DNA of 49,915 nucleotides from Candidatus Cloacimonadota bacterium. GTDB lineage: Bacteria > Cloacimonadota > Cloacimonadia > Cloacimonadales > WRIO01. The position numbers and the translations under genes were made by a program. Positions within the stretch are counted from its first letter, which is position 1; each line of letters opens with the position of its first letter. Positions 26,787-35,998 of the stretch are shown here, in pieces. Under the pieces are notes generated by a model that saw only the letters and a list, made by a program, of their open reading frames with translations, was not told where the DNA came from and did no database searches. The DNA is taken from assembly GCA_029564175.1 (NCBI GenBank), contig JAKQQL010000298.1, forward strand, positions 1-49,915. Reading direction: 5' to 3'.

Positions 26787-27730
26787 AAACGATATCCAAT
26801 CGAAATCTGGTTATTCCAACCCAAATCACCCATAGAAGCGACACCATAGTCTAAAGAATAACGTTTGTAATGAATACCAAATCCAGCTGAAATCCCTGAC
26901 ATCGCTTCATAAGTATCTCCGGCTTTATAATCTGAAGATCTGCTGTCAAATCCGGCTCTTAACGACATGAGTGGTACCAGATCGTATTCAAAACCTAATT
27001 TTCCATAGAAGTCATTATCTATCGGTTTTACTAAATCCAGATTTCCCCTGAATTTTTCTGTAAATGAATAATTTCCGCCTACAGAAAATACCGTTGGCAT
27101 TTTTTCTTTGATTTCATCTTCTGTGTAATATGATAACTGAACACCTAGATTGCGTACACAAGCACCAATTACCAAATTTTTATTGTTTGTCTGGTGAGTA
27201 AGTCCAAGATCTATAACGACTGCTGAAGCAGAGGCATCATCAAGATTTTCGCTGATAAACTTAGCATTGACTCCTAAATCAAGATTATCTTTAAACTTTC
27301 TGGCTAATGAGATTCCTGCGATCAGATCAGATGCTGAAAATTCACCATCAATACTGTATGAACCATCATTTAAAACCGATGTTCTCTTCATTGTACCTGA
27401 ATTCAGATATTGAGCAAAAAAGCCAACTTTTACCTCTCTCTGATAAGGCATAACAAATGCAAAAGATCCGCCATTCATCCCATCAACATAATTAATGTAG
27501 TTTGATTTTAATGATTTCTCATTTTGCTGAGCAAGTCCGGCTGGATTAAAATAAACAACATCTACATCATCTTTCATACCTGTAAAAGCATTGGCCATTC
27601 CTAAAGCTCTCGCTGAATAATGCATTTTTAAAAATTGAAAACCTGATGTTCCGGCATTCTTATCAATGGCAGATAAGGGTAAAATCAGTGCTGTCAACAA
27701 AAAAATACTGAGTTTTTTATTAAAAATCAT
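26783..27730 (-). CDS. PorV/PorQ-family outer-membrane protein
   Basis: Signal peptide; AGTSGFQFLK..SARALGM.NAF..YFNPAGL; C-terminal QISIGYRL. Confidence 0.8.
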   Translation of the reverse strand: MIFNKKLSIFLLTALILPLSAIDKNAGTSGFQFLKMHYSARALGMANAFTGMKDDVDVVYFNPAGLAQQNEKSLKSNYINYVDGMNGGSFAFVMPYQREVKVGFFAQYLNSGTMKRTSVLNDGSYSIDGEFSASDLIAGISLARKFKDNLDLGVNAKFISENLDDASASAVVIDLGLTHQTNNKNLVIGACVRNLGVQLSYYTEDEIKEKMPTVFSVGGNYSFTEKFRGNLDLVKPIDNDFYGKLGFEYDLVPLMSLRAGFDSRSSDYKAGDTYEAMSGISAGFGIHYKRYSLDYGVASMGDLGWNNQISIGYRL

Positions 27731-28172
27731 CTTCTATTCCCTTTAAAATCTGATAAGCTTCTTCGAAAGTGGAAACGGCAATCAGGGCATCCCGTTGCTC
27801 ATTTTCACGCATATTTTTAGAAATTTGTCCTAAAATCTTCATATATTCGTTGTTTGCATTATCTGGGATTGCCAGCATGAAGACAATTTTAACAGGATCG
27901 CCATCAATTGAATCAAAGTCGATATCCTTTTTTAAAGTCATAAAAACACAGGAAAGTTTTTTTACACATTTACTTCTGCCATGAGGGATTGCGATACCTC
28001 TGCCAATACCAGTTGACATGATTTCTTCTCTGTCAAAAACAGCTTTTGTAAAATCCTCTTTACTGTCAATCAGATTATTATCAAATAAATAGTCAATCAT
28101 TTGACTGATACAATGTCCTTTGCTGACAATATCCTGTTTCAGGTAGATTAGGTTTTTTGCAAAGATTTCCAT
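27720..28172 (-). CDS. PTS IIA (Ntr/fructose-type) domain protein
   Basis: REEIMSTGIGRGIAIPHG with phospho-His; IDFDSIDGDPV. Confidence 0.9.
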   Translation of the reverse strand: MEIFAKNLIYLKQDIVSKGHCISQMIDYLFDNNLIDSKEDFTKAVFDREEIMSTGIGRGIAIPHGRSKCVKKLSCVFMTLKKDIDFDSIDGDPVKIVFMLAIPDNANNEYMKILGQISKNMRENEQRDALIAVSTFEEAYQILKGIEDDF

Positions 28173-28182
28173 TATTACCTCT

Positions 28183-29493
28183 TTATTTCAATTTCATTTT
28201 ATATTCTTTTGCTTTTTCAATAATTTCAGATTCGTTTATTGTCAAGAGTTCTTTGTTTCTCATGACAATTTTCCCATTAATGATGACATCTGAGACCGCT
28301 GAATGATTTAAACAATACACAATCAAAGATGAGGGATGATAAAAGGGCTGACTCTCTACATTCTCTGTATTCAAGATAACTAAATCAGCTTTCTTGCCTG
28401 GTTCAATTGAGCCAAGTATATCTTTTTGTCCGAGTGCCTTAGCTGCATTTACAGTTACCATTCTGAGCATCTGAGTAGCCGAAAGCAAAGTGGGGTCCAT
28501 ATTGAGTGCTTTATGCACTTTAGAAGTAACACTCATTTCATCAAAAAGACTCAGATTGTTGTTGCTTGCAACCCCATCTGTACCTAAACAGAGATTAACA
28601 CCATAATCCAGATAAAGCTTAATAGGAGCAAATCCGGAAGCCAGCTTTAAATTACTTTCTGTGTTAATGCAAACTGAAACATTATATTTCTTTAACAATT
28701 CAACTTCTTTTTCATTCAGATGAACACCGTGGGCGATTAACAGGTTTTCATTTAAAAGGTTTAATTTTTCGAGATATTCGACTGGTCTAAGTCCATTCTT
28801 TTCAAGACATTGTTCCACTTCAAAAGCAGTTTCAGATAAATGCATATGAATCAGCACATTTTCTTTTTGAGAGATGTCACGGCATTTTTTTAAGGTTTCC
28901 TCACTACAGGTATAAATTGCATGAGGACCTAATGAAAAACGAACATGATCTTCATTTTGATATGACTCTTTCAGATTTCGGATTTTCTCAAAGCATTGGT
29001 CAGGTTGGTGAAAATCACCCATCGGAAAATCAAGACCAATATCAGAAATAACAGCTCTGATACCTGCTTTCACGCATGCATTGGCTGTCTGTGTGGGGAT
29101 AAAATACATATCGTTAAACTGAGTAATACCATTTTTAATCAACTCAGCAATTCCATGAATCGATGCATCATAAATAAATGAATCCGAAATATATTTTGCT
29201 TCATTTGGCCAAATATATTTTTCAAGCCATACATTCAATGGCAAATCATCAGCCAGACCACGAAAATAAGTCATCGGAATATGTGTATGCATATTGATCA
29301 TACCAGGCATTAATATCTGATTCTTTGCATCAATGTATGTTTTAGCCAGATATTTTCCATTTACATGCTCAGAACTTAGAATCTCAACAATCAAACCATC
29401 TGTTATGATAACTGCATGATTTTCTAGTATATTGTTCTGATCATCTACTGTTACCACACAGGCATTATCAATAATTAAATCGCAATTTTTCAT
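28183..29493 (-). CDS. Amidohydrolase, MTA/SAH deaminase (MtaD-like)
   Basis: PGMINMHTH, FRGLADDLPL..WL, PHAIYTC, HMHLSET, ESNLKLASG, GTDG.ASNN. Confidence 0.85.
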   Translation of the reverse strand: MKNCDLIIDNACVVTVDDQNNILENHAVIITDGLIVEILSSEHVNGKYLAKTYIDAKNQILMPGMINMHTHIPMTYFRGLADDLPLNVWLEKYIWPNEAKYISDSFIYDASIHGIAELIKNGITQFNDMYFIPTQTANACVKAGIRAVISDIGLDFPMGDFHQPDQCFEKIRNLKESYQNEDHVRFSLGPHAIYTCSEETLKKCRDISQKENVLIHMHLSETAFEVEQCLEKNGLRPVEYLEKLNLLNENLLIAHGVHLNEKEVELLKKYNVSVCINTESNLKLASGFAPIKLYLDYGVNLCLGTDGVASNNNLSLFDEMSVTSKVHKALNMDPTLLSATQMLRMVTVNAAKALGQKDILGSIEPGKKADLVILNTENVESQPFYHPSSLIVYCLNHSAVSDVIINGKIVMRNKELLTINESEIIEKAKEYKMKLK

Positions 29494-29619
29494 TTTAACC
29501 CTCTTTTAGTGTAACTATTCTGATTCAATTTTATTTCGTCAATATTTTTTTTACTTTTTTGAAAAAAAGTACGATATTATCAGTAGAGTGTGTTTTTAGT
29601 AATCTTTGAAGGAGGCAAA

Positions 29620-30186
29620 ATGAAAATCAACAGTACTTCACACCAAATGATTTCCTATGAAGATTTGAAACAAAAATGGAATCAGAAAGATAAAACGAAT
29701 AGCCTTGACTTGAGTGAAGAAGAAAAAAAGCAAGTCAATGACCTTGAAAAAAGAGATCAGGAAGTAAAAACCCACGAGCAAGCCCATATTGCAGCTGGTG
29801 GGACTTATGTGCAAGGAGGAGCTGATTACGAAACCACAAAAGGACCTGATAATAAAGATTATGCGATAAGCGGAGAAGTACAAATTGATACATCTCCTAT
29901 TTCTGGTGATCCGGAAGCGACTATCGATAAAATGCGTACTGTTAGTGCAGCTGCACTTGCGCCAGCTCAACCTTCTGCAACTGATCAGGCTGTAGCTGCT
30001 GAAGCTGCCCAACAAGAAGAATCAGCTAAGAAAGAAAAGCAGGAAAAGGAAATCAGCCCTGAACAAATCAATGAAAATTCAGCTTTACTTAGCCCTGCTA
30101 TTATGCAACAAAACCCTGAGTTTTACGATCAAAATGGAAAACCAGTCTTTCAAAATCAAAATCAGGTAGATGAGATGATAGAATAA
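29620..30186 (+). CDS. SprA-related (CJM1_0395-like) putative metalloprotease
   Basis: RDQEVKTHEQAH, GPD..YAISGEV.ID, AALAPAQPS.TD..VA; ATG 29620 after GGAGG. Confidence 0.8.
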   Translation: MKINSTSHQMISYEDLKQKWNQKDKTNSLDLSEEEKKQVNDLEKRDQEVKTHEQAHIAAGGTYVQGGADYETTKGPDNKDYAISGEVQIDTSPISGDPEATIDKMRTVSAAALAPAQPSATDQAVAAEAAQQEESAKKEKQEKEISPEQINENSALLSPAIMQQNPEFYDQNGKPVFQNQNQVDEMIE

Positions 30187-30278
30187 CATCAATTCTCATC
30201 ATATTTTTATAAATTGCTTTTTTCATTCAGATTCGTTTGATTCATTGATCAATTCCTTTGTTACTCAAATTGTAAACC

Positions 30279-30322
30279 TCACACTGATATCTCACTGTAA
30301 TCCGCTTTGATTCCCACTTAAA
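30279..30322 (+). repeat. Four imperfect 11-bp direct repeats upstream of orphan paralogue A
   Basis: tcacactgata / tctcactgtaa / tccgctttgat / tcccacttaaa. Confidence 0.5.
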
Positions 30323-30451
30323 CGATTATCATGCCTTTATATGTTTTAAATGTGACTTGACCGTTTTTAACAGGATAGATATGTTTTTCATTTGATTTTC
30401 TTTTTGCTTTTATTCGTTTTTTATTTATTTTTTTAAGTAGGGAGATAACAG

Positions 30452-31051
30452 ATGAGAGTATATTTTAGTGAGAAGCATCAGCATGATTATCCCAAAAAAG
30501 TTGGCGATATGAATCTTGCTTGGTATAATAAGGGGAAAATCTGTCTGTACAGAGCTAAAACTGAGCATCAAATGCAAACTCAAAATTTCTATATCAAAGA
30601 GATCAATACCATTGTTCATGAGATTTGGTTAGATTTGAGTCATCAAGTAAAAAAAGAATTTCAAACATACGCAAACGCTTATAAGAAAAGATATCCCTCA
30701 TTAAGAAAAAGAGGAGCTAACTCATATGCGATGTTTCTAATGGCTGTTCATACGCTAATTAAAAAGTATCAACTTCATAATCGTTCTCAGGCGGAATTGA
30801 CAGATCTACTGAAAAATCTATTATCCAGACTTAGTATATACCAACTGGTTTTATGTGGTGCACTCAAAGTAGTCAAGTATGCATACCGTATGAATCTCAA
30901 ATTGTTAAGTTCTTTAAAATCAGATCATAACAGCATTCATTCAAATTCATCACCAAAAACATCAACACTGTTAAACGCATTTGTTATTCAAGAAACCATT
31001 ATGTTATCTGAGTTTTTGTATTTCTCTGAAAACAGGTATAATACATCATAA
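30452..31051 (+). CDS. Basic hypothetical protein, paralogue of 41483..41926
   Basis: GGGAG SD; shares HDYPKKxGDxxLAWY..IC, YKKxYPxLRKRG and SYAxFL with the 41.5-kb ORF. Confidence 0.75.
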   Translation: MRVYFSEKHQHDYPKKVGDMNLAWYNKGKICLYRAKTEHQMQTQNFYIKEINTIVHEIWLDLSHQVKKEFQTYANAYKKRYPSLRKRGANSYAMFLMAVHTLIKKYQLHNRSQAELTDLLKNLLSRLSIYQLVLCGALKVVKYAYRMNLKLLSSLKSDHNSIHSNSSPKTSTLLNAFVIQETIMLSEFLYFSENRYNTS

Positions 31052-31057
31052 AAGCAG

Positions 31058-31084
31058 AAAAAAGGCAGGGACAAGCCCTGCCTT
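31058..31084 (-). terminator. Intrinsic terminator of the ECF operon
   Basis: aaggcaggg-acaag-ccctgcctt preceded by an A-run (U-tail on the minus strand), between convergent genes. Confidence 0.75.
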
Positions 31085-31099
31085 CAATCTTCAATACGA

Positions 31100-31573
31100 T
31101 TAATCAATCTCTTTGGATGGTAACGCCTTTTCCATAATAAAAAATAAAGCATAACCACCAACAGCTCCGGTAATAGCCTGAATCACATTAAAGTTTAAGT
31201 CTGCTAATGCAGCTGGTAAACCCATTCCTGGCAAGAAGAGTTCTGCCAGGAAATATACAGTCATCATAGCAAGACCGCCCAGAATCAGAAACAGTGGATT
31301 CTTTTTTGCCAGAGAGCCGGCAATAAAGGCCTCAAGACCTTTGGCGACCAGAGTTACCGGTATAAAAATAAAGTAACCGCCAATCAAGTCAGCAATGGCT
31401 GAACCGACACCCCCTGCGATTGCACCACGCGTTTTCCCTAAGTACAATCCGCAGAATACAACAGCGATATCCCCGAAGTTAAAATAACCTCCGGATACCG
31501 GCACCGGTACTCTCACCAGGTACGTACTGGCAGCGACAATCCCTGCCAGAATGAGTACTAAGTAGTTTTTCAT
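31100..31573 (-). CDS. ECF transporter S component
   Basis: VPVPVSGGYFNFGD, G.IAGGVGSAIADLIGGY..P.TLVAKG. Confidence 0.9.
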   Translation of the reverse strand: MKNYLVLILAGIVAASTYLVRVPVPVSGGYFNFGDIAVVFCGLYLGKTRGAIAGGVGSAIADLIGGYFIFIPVTLVAKGLEAFIAGSLAKKNPLFLILGGLAMMTVYFLAELFLPGMGLPAALADLNFNVIQAITGAVGGYALFFIMEKALPSKEID

Positions 31574-31606
31574 TTTTCCCCCTTATTGTTTTTTGGTATT
31601 TAAACA

Positions 31607-31824
31607 TTTCGTACTGCAAACATCTTGTTTGCAGATTCTCTACAAGCAGGATGCTTGTAGTACGCGTATCTTCCAGCTTTTCAATCTTTCGTACTGCGAA
31701 CATCTTGTTTTCAGATTCTCTACAAGCAGGATGCTTGTAGTACGCGTATCTTCCAGCTTTTCAATCTTTCGTACTGCGAACATCTTGTTTGCAGATTCTC
31801 TACAAGCAGGATGCTTGTAGTACG
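31607..31824. repeat. Tandem array of 80-bp units (2.7 copies), each an inverted REP doublet (family 1)
   Basis: Units start at 31607, 31687, 31767; core cgtactgc(a/g)aacatcttgttt(g/t)cag-attct-ctacaagcaggatgcttgtagtacg; identical linkers. Confidence 0.95.
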
Positions 31825-31869
31825 GGCAGCTTGCAGAAAGCGCTTTTGGTAGTAAATGAATCGTTCTTT

Positions 31870-32553
31870 TCATTTTTTAGAAGACTCTTTTTGTTTATTC
31901 TTAAACTTTTCAAAGATATGAGATGACCAAAACAGCCATATCATGAGGTTTCTAATCGTTAAAGCGATGATTAATGGACTTTTTCTGATAAATTGTTTAT
32001 AATCTCCTGCTTTTGTAAACGTGTCTGGTATCACTCCCATCATTTCCATTGCCCGTTTATTTTGAATCATCTGCTCTTTCGACACCTGAAACGAACGCAA
32101 TAAATAACATAAATGATAACCCAAACGACCATATTTTAAAAACTCAACCGGAGAGATGACCTCAATAAAGCTCAAGCCTGTAAAAAAGACTGCCAATACC
32201 CTTACCGGATAAATTAACAGATAAAGTACCTGATTCTTAGTTTCTGTAATCTGAATCGTTGGACTGATATTCCAGTCATTTAAGATAAAAACCAATGAAA
32301 ACAAGGCATAAAAGACAAGCCCAATCAGCCATAATTTCATTACAATAACCAGACTTCTCCATGAACTCAGCCGATAGTACAGAAAAGCCAGTATAAAAGT
32401 AATTGCTATTAAAAACAATGAATAGGCTGGTATCAGGCTCTCTGAACTCATATAGGGGAAAAGCATGAAACTGACCACAATCAGAAAGCTCACTTTCCAA
32501 AACAGACTTAGGTTTTTCAGATACTGCTTTATCATTGGCTTATAATCCTGCAA
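31870..32553 (-). CDS. Membrane protein, probable ECF T component
   Basis: Multi-TM N-terminus, ISPVEF, LLRSF..RAMEMMG coupling-helix-like segment; located between the ECF ATPase and S genes. Confidence 0.6.
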   Translation of the reverse strand: MQDYKPMIKQYLKNLSLFWKVSFLIVVSFMLFPYMSSESLIPAYSLFLIAITFILAFLYYRLSSWRSLVIVMKLWLIGLVFYALFSLVFILNDWNISPTIQITETKNQVLYLLIYPVRVLAVFFTGLSFIEVISPVEFLKYGRLGYHLCYLLRSFQVSKEQMIQNKRAMEMMGVIPDTFTKAGDYKQFIRKSPLIIALTIRNLMIWLFWSSHIFEKFKNKQKESSKK

Positions 32554-33926
32554 TCTTTGATTTTTAGATTAACGGCATTGATTAACGGCATAATACTGTG
32601 GGCATGACTGATAATGAGAAGACTGATATTCATATTCTCCAGTATGGTGCTGATGATACCAAGCCATTTCTCAATACCAGGAAGATCTAAACTCCAGGTA
32701 GGCTCATCTAAGATCAAGAGACGGGTTTCTTTGGTCAACAGCATGATGGTAAGCAGAAATTTGAGTTCTGCAAAATTCAGATATACCAGGGGATAAGCAT
32801 CCGACTGAGTGAAAAAAGTATCGAAAAGCACTTTGCAAAAATCCAGTTGATGAGACTGAATCAGCTGACGGCATTCTCCCATTGTATTCCAGATCATCTG
32901 ATTTTCTGGAAACTGACCAACATAAGCGATAAAGCGGTTTATTTCCAGTCGGGTATAATCTTCTATAAATCGGTCAAAAAGCCTTATCTTGCGAGGCTCA
33001 GTCTTTTCCATTTTAAAAAGGATGTTTGCCAAGGTGGATTTACCAGTACCATTGTCTCCGTTCAGATAATAAATGGTGTTTTCAAAAAGTTTTAATGACA
33101 GATTTTTATAAATACGATGAGAACCATAAGAAAAACTAAACTGGTCAATCTCCAGGATCATCTGTTCTTTTTTCTTCTGTTGAACACATTCATTTAATCT
33201 GGATACTAAATCTAACATTGTTTGACTAAATGGATGATTAAATAACTGACTACGGTCTGTATGGCTTAAATGTTTGTCTTTTAGTAGATAAGATTCATCA
33301 ATGACACTCTCCAGACAATGAAATTCCTGTTCAAGTATAACCACAATCTTTTTATCTGCTTTGGCTTGATTGATTGCCTTTAACAGATCGTTTCTGCCCT
33401 CTTTATCCAGCCAGGGAACCACCCCATGCAGGATGATAACCTCATGTGGAAAAGCAAATGCCAAACTAAGGGCAACCTTCATCTTTTCACCACCCGAAAG
33501 ACTGTCAATCTTACGATCTAAAAATGATACAGGCAAAGAAAACTGACCCAAAATGTCCTGAAAAGCAGATTTTGATAACGGCAATTTGAGTTGAGCGCTT
33601 AACTCCTCCCATACCTCTGAAAAAAGAAGATGCCTGTCCGGATCACAACCGATATAAGAAACTTCATCAGGGTAATTGTGTTTGATAAATGTCAAAGCAC
33701 CGTTATAATCGCGGTAGAGTAGTTTAAGAGAATCGATGTCAGGCAAATCCATACACGGAAGGATTTTTCCTAATATCGCCCCTAAAATAGTAAATGCCTT
33801 GTCCTCAATCCCATTGATTAGCAGACATGAGCCTTCCGGCAGACTCAATTGAATCTGATTCAGTAAAATTTCATTTTTGATTGTATAATTAAAGCTTATT
33901 TCTTTCATTTCTCTCTCAATCCGCAT
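32532..33926 (-). CDS. Tandem ABC ATPase (fused ECF A-A') with one degenerate site
   Basis: NBD1 keeps LSGGE but lacks Walker A/B; NBD2 has GDNGTGKST, LILDEPT, ISH but a degenerate signature. Confidence 0.8.
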   Translation of the reverse strand: MRIEREMKEISFNYTIKNEILLNQIQLSLPEGSCLLINGIEDKAFTILGAILGKILPCMDLPDIDSLKLLYRDYNGALTFIKHNYPDEVSYIGCDPDRHLLFSEVWEELSAQLKLPLSKSAFQDILGQFSLPVSFLDRKIDSLSGGEKMKVALSLAFAFPHEVIILHGVVPWLDKEGRNDLLKAINQAKADKKIVVILEQEFHCLESVIDESYLLKDKHLSHTDRSQLFNHPFSQTMLDLVSRLNECVQQKKKEQMILEIDQFSFSYGSHRIYKNLSLKLFENTIYYLNGDNGTGKSTLANILFKMEKTEPRKIRLFDRFIEDYTRLEINRFIAYVGQFPENQMIWNTMGECRQLIQSHQLDFCKVLFDTFFTQSDAYPLVYLNFAELKFLLTIMLLTKETRLLILDEPTWSLDLPGIEKWLGIISTILENMNISLLIISHAHSIMPLINAVNLKIKDCRIISQ

Positions 33927-33983
33927 ATTTTTAAAGTGAATTCAATCTGTCAAGATAAAAGAGAGCGAAGACCTAGAAACTAC

Positions 33984-34010
33984 TTAGCAGTCTTTTAAAA
34001 TGAGTGCTAA
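33984..34010. promoter_or_regulatory. CIRCE element (HrcA operator)
   Basis: TTAGCAGTC-N9-GAGTGCTAA, 17/18 match to TTAGCACTC-N9-GAGTGCTAA; 8 nt before TTGACA (34019) upstream of htpG. Confidence 0.88.
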
Positions 34011-34077
34011 AAAATATATTGACAAAAAAACTCACTTTGAAAAGATTGAAACAAAATAAATCATTATGGAGGTAAAA

Positions 34078-35889
34078 ATGGCAAGTGAAATGAAAAAAGG
34101 ATCTTTGAGCATTCATACCGAAAATATATTTCCCATTATTAAGAAATGGCTCTATTCCGAGCATGATATCTTTATCCGTGAACTGGTTTCGAATGCTATC
34201 GATGCGATGAATAAGAGAAAAATACTTGATTCATCTGTTAAAGAAGAAGAATTAAGAATTGAAATTGAAATCAACAAAAAAAAGAAAACAATTACCATTA
34301 GCGATGCTGGTATCGGTATGACCAAAGAAGAAATTGAAAAGTACATCAATCAAATTGCGTTCTCAGGTGCCGAAGATTTCGTTGAAAAGTTTAAAGACCA
34401 GCAAAACAACATTATTGGTCACTTTGGACTTGGGTTCTACTCATCATTTATGGTATCTGAAAAAGTTAGTATCGATTCTTTATCCATGACAGAAAATAGC
34501 GAGCCTGCTTACTGGGAATGTGACGGATCAACTGAATACAGCATTGACAAAGGTAAAAGAAAAAAAACAGGTACCACCATTACCTTATATCTGAATGCTG
34601 ATTCTGAAGATTATCTTGAAGATCACAAAATGAAAGAACTGCTGGAAAAATATTGTAATTTCATGCCTTTCCCTATTTTACTGGGAAAAGATGTCGTTAA
34701 CCAGAAACAGGCATTATGGAACAGAAAACCAAACGATGTTACCGATGAAGAATACAAAGAATTCTATAAAAACGTATTCCATGACTGGAATGACCCACTG
34801 TTCCAGATTCACTTAAATCTGGATTATCCATTCAACCTGAAAGGTATTTTATACTTCCCTAAACTCAAAAATGATATTGAGTTATCCAGAGGAACCATTA
34901 AATTATACTGTAACAATGTATTTGTGGCAGATAACCTCAAAGAATTTATCCCTGAATTTCTGATGATGTTACGAGGTGGTATTGATGTACCGGATATCCC
35001 GTTAAATGTTTCCAGAAGTTTCCTGCAAAATGACAAAGAAGTCCAGAAGATAAAAAAATACATTATCCGAAAAGTAGCTGACCACTTCAAAAATACATTT
35101 ACTGAAAACAGAGCTAAATACGAAGAATACTGGGCAGATATAAATCAATTCGTTAAATATGGTGTACTCACTGAAGAAGATTTTGCTGAAGCAGTTCATG
35201 AGATTCTAATCTTTAAGTCTTCAAAAGGTGACTTCATTACGGTAGATGAATACCTTGAAAGAAATCCTCAGACAGAAGAATCCAAAAAGATTTACTATGG
35301 TATCAGCGAAAACACTCAGGTATCTCTGCTGAATCTGATCAAAGAACAAGGCATTGAAGTCGTATTCTGTGACTCTATTCTGGATACCCATTTATTACAA
35401 CATATTGAAAGCAAGAAAAACAATGTCCGTTTTGTTCGTATAGATTCCGAAATCAATGAGACACTGGTTGATAAAGAAAAATCCGAAGCTGTTGATCAGG
35501 ATAACAAAAACGAAGCAGAAAGAATTAAAGAAGAATTTGCCAAAGCCCTTAATGATGAAGCCGTTACCATTGAGCCTAAACACCTAAAGACAAACAGTAT
35601 CCCAGGCATGATTATCTATGATGAATTTATGCGCCGTTTTACAGAAATGAATGCCTTGAGTCAGGGTATGGGTAATGCAGATATGCTGAAAAATCATACG
35701 CTGGTCATTAATGTTGAAAATCCAACAGTAAAAAAAGTGGCAGAACTCAACCAGGCAGGTAAAACAGAAGACGCTTCCACAATTGCCGGTTATATTCACG
35801 ATCTGGCAAAGCTTGAACAAAAACGCTTCTCAGGTGAAGAACTTCAGGCATTTATTCAGAAAGCCAATAAAATCTTACAAATGATCTGA
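34078..35889 (+). CDS. htpG: Chaperone HtpG (Hsp90)
   Basis: WLYSEHDIFIRELVSNAIDA, DAGIGMT, IIGHFGLGFYS, PLNVSRSFLQ; ATG 34078 after GGAGG. Confidence 0.97.
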   Translation: MASEMKKGSLSIHTENIFPIIKKWLYSEHDIFIRELVSNAIDAMNKRKILDSSVKEEELRIEIEINKKKKTITISDAGIGMTKEEIEKYINQIAFSGAEDFVEKFKDQQNNIIGHFGLGFYSSFMVSEKVSIDSLSMTENSEPAYWECDGSTEYSIDKGKRKKTGTTITLYLNADSEDYLEDHKMKELLEKYCNFMPFPILLGKDVVNQKQALWNRKPNDVTDEEYKEFYKNVFHDWNDPLFQIHLNLDYPFNLKGILYFPKLKNDIELSRGTIKLYCNNVFVADNLKEFIPEFLMMLRGGIDVPDIPLNVSRSFLQNDKEVQKIKKYIIRKVADHFKNTFTENRAKYEEYWADINQFVKYGVLTEEDFAEAVHEILIFKSSKGDFITVDEYLERNPQTEESKKIYYGISENTQVSLLNLIKEQGIEVVFCDSILDTHLLQHIESKKNNVRFVRIDSEINETLVDKEKSEAVDQDNKNEAERIKEEFAKALNDEAVTIEPKHLKTNSIPGMIIYDEFMRRFTEMNALSQGMGNADMLKNHTLVINVENPTVKKVAELNQAGKTEDASTIAGYIHDLAKLEQKRFSGEELQAFIQKANKILQMI

Positions 35890-35917
35890 TACGCAGATCA
35901 GTTAAATTGATACACAT

Positions 35918-35946
35918 GAGGCATACTTTGGTATGCCTCTTTTTTT
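35918..35946 (+). terminator. Intrinsic terminator after htpG
   Basis: gaggcatac-tttg-gtatgcctc followed by T7. Confidence 0.85.
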
Positions 35947-35998
35947 ATGATTGACAATCAGAAAATGAATTAAATAATGGTCAGGCAGAGGAGTCATC

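Noticed and set aside
29551..29577. Possible sigma28 promoter (tacgatat) before the SprA-related gene
   Set aside because: The -10 is a partial match and the -35 position reads ttac rather than TAAA; too weak in AT-rich DNA
31607..31824. Possible CRISPR array
   Set aside because: The linkers between repeats are identical rather than unique spacers, the repeat is ~55 bp made of two inverted REP halves, and there are no cas genes
31479..31873. ORFs 31479..31703(-), 31593..31820(+), 31640..31873(-)
   Set aside because: They are translations of the tandem repeat (internally repeated peptides) with no convincing SD; likely spurious
33927..33983. Riboswitch controlling the ECF operon
   Set aside because: The intergenic space is short and largely taken by the CIRCE and htpG promoter; no aptamer motif recognised, so the ECF substrate cannot be inferred
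35947..35998. Possible attenuator before the ABC-F gene (as in antibiotic-resistance ABC-Fs)
   Set aside because: Only ~50 nt separate the htpG terminator from the ATG, with a promoter-like box and no SD-led uORF or second terminator; the protein looks like housekeeping Uup/YfmR
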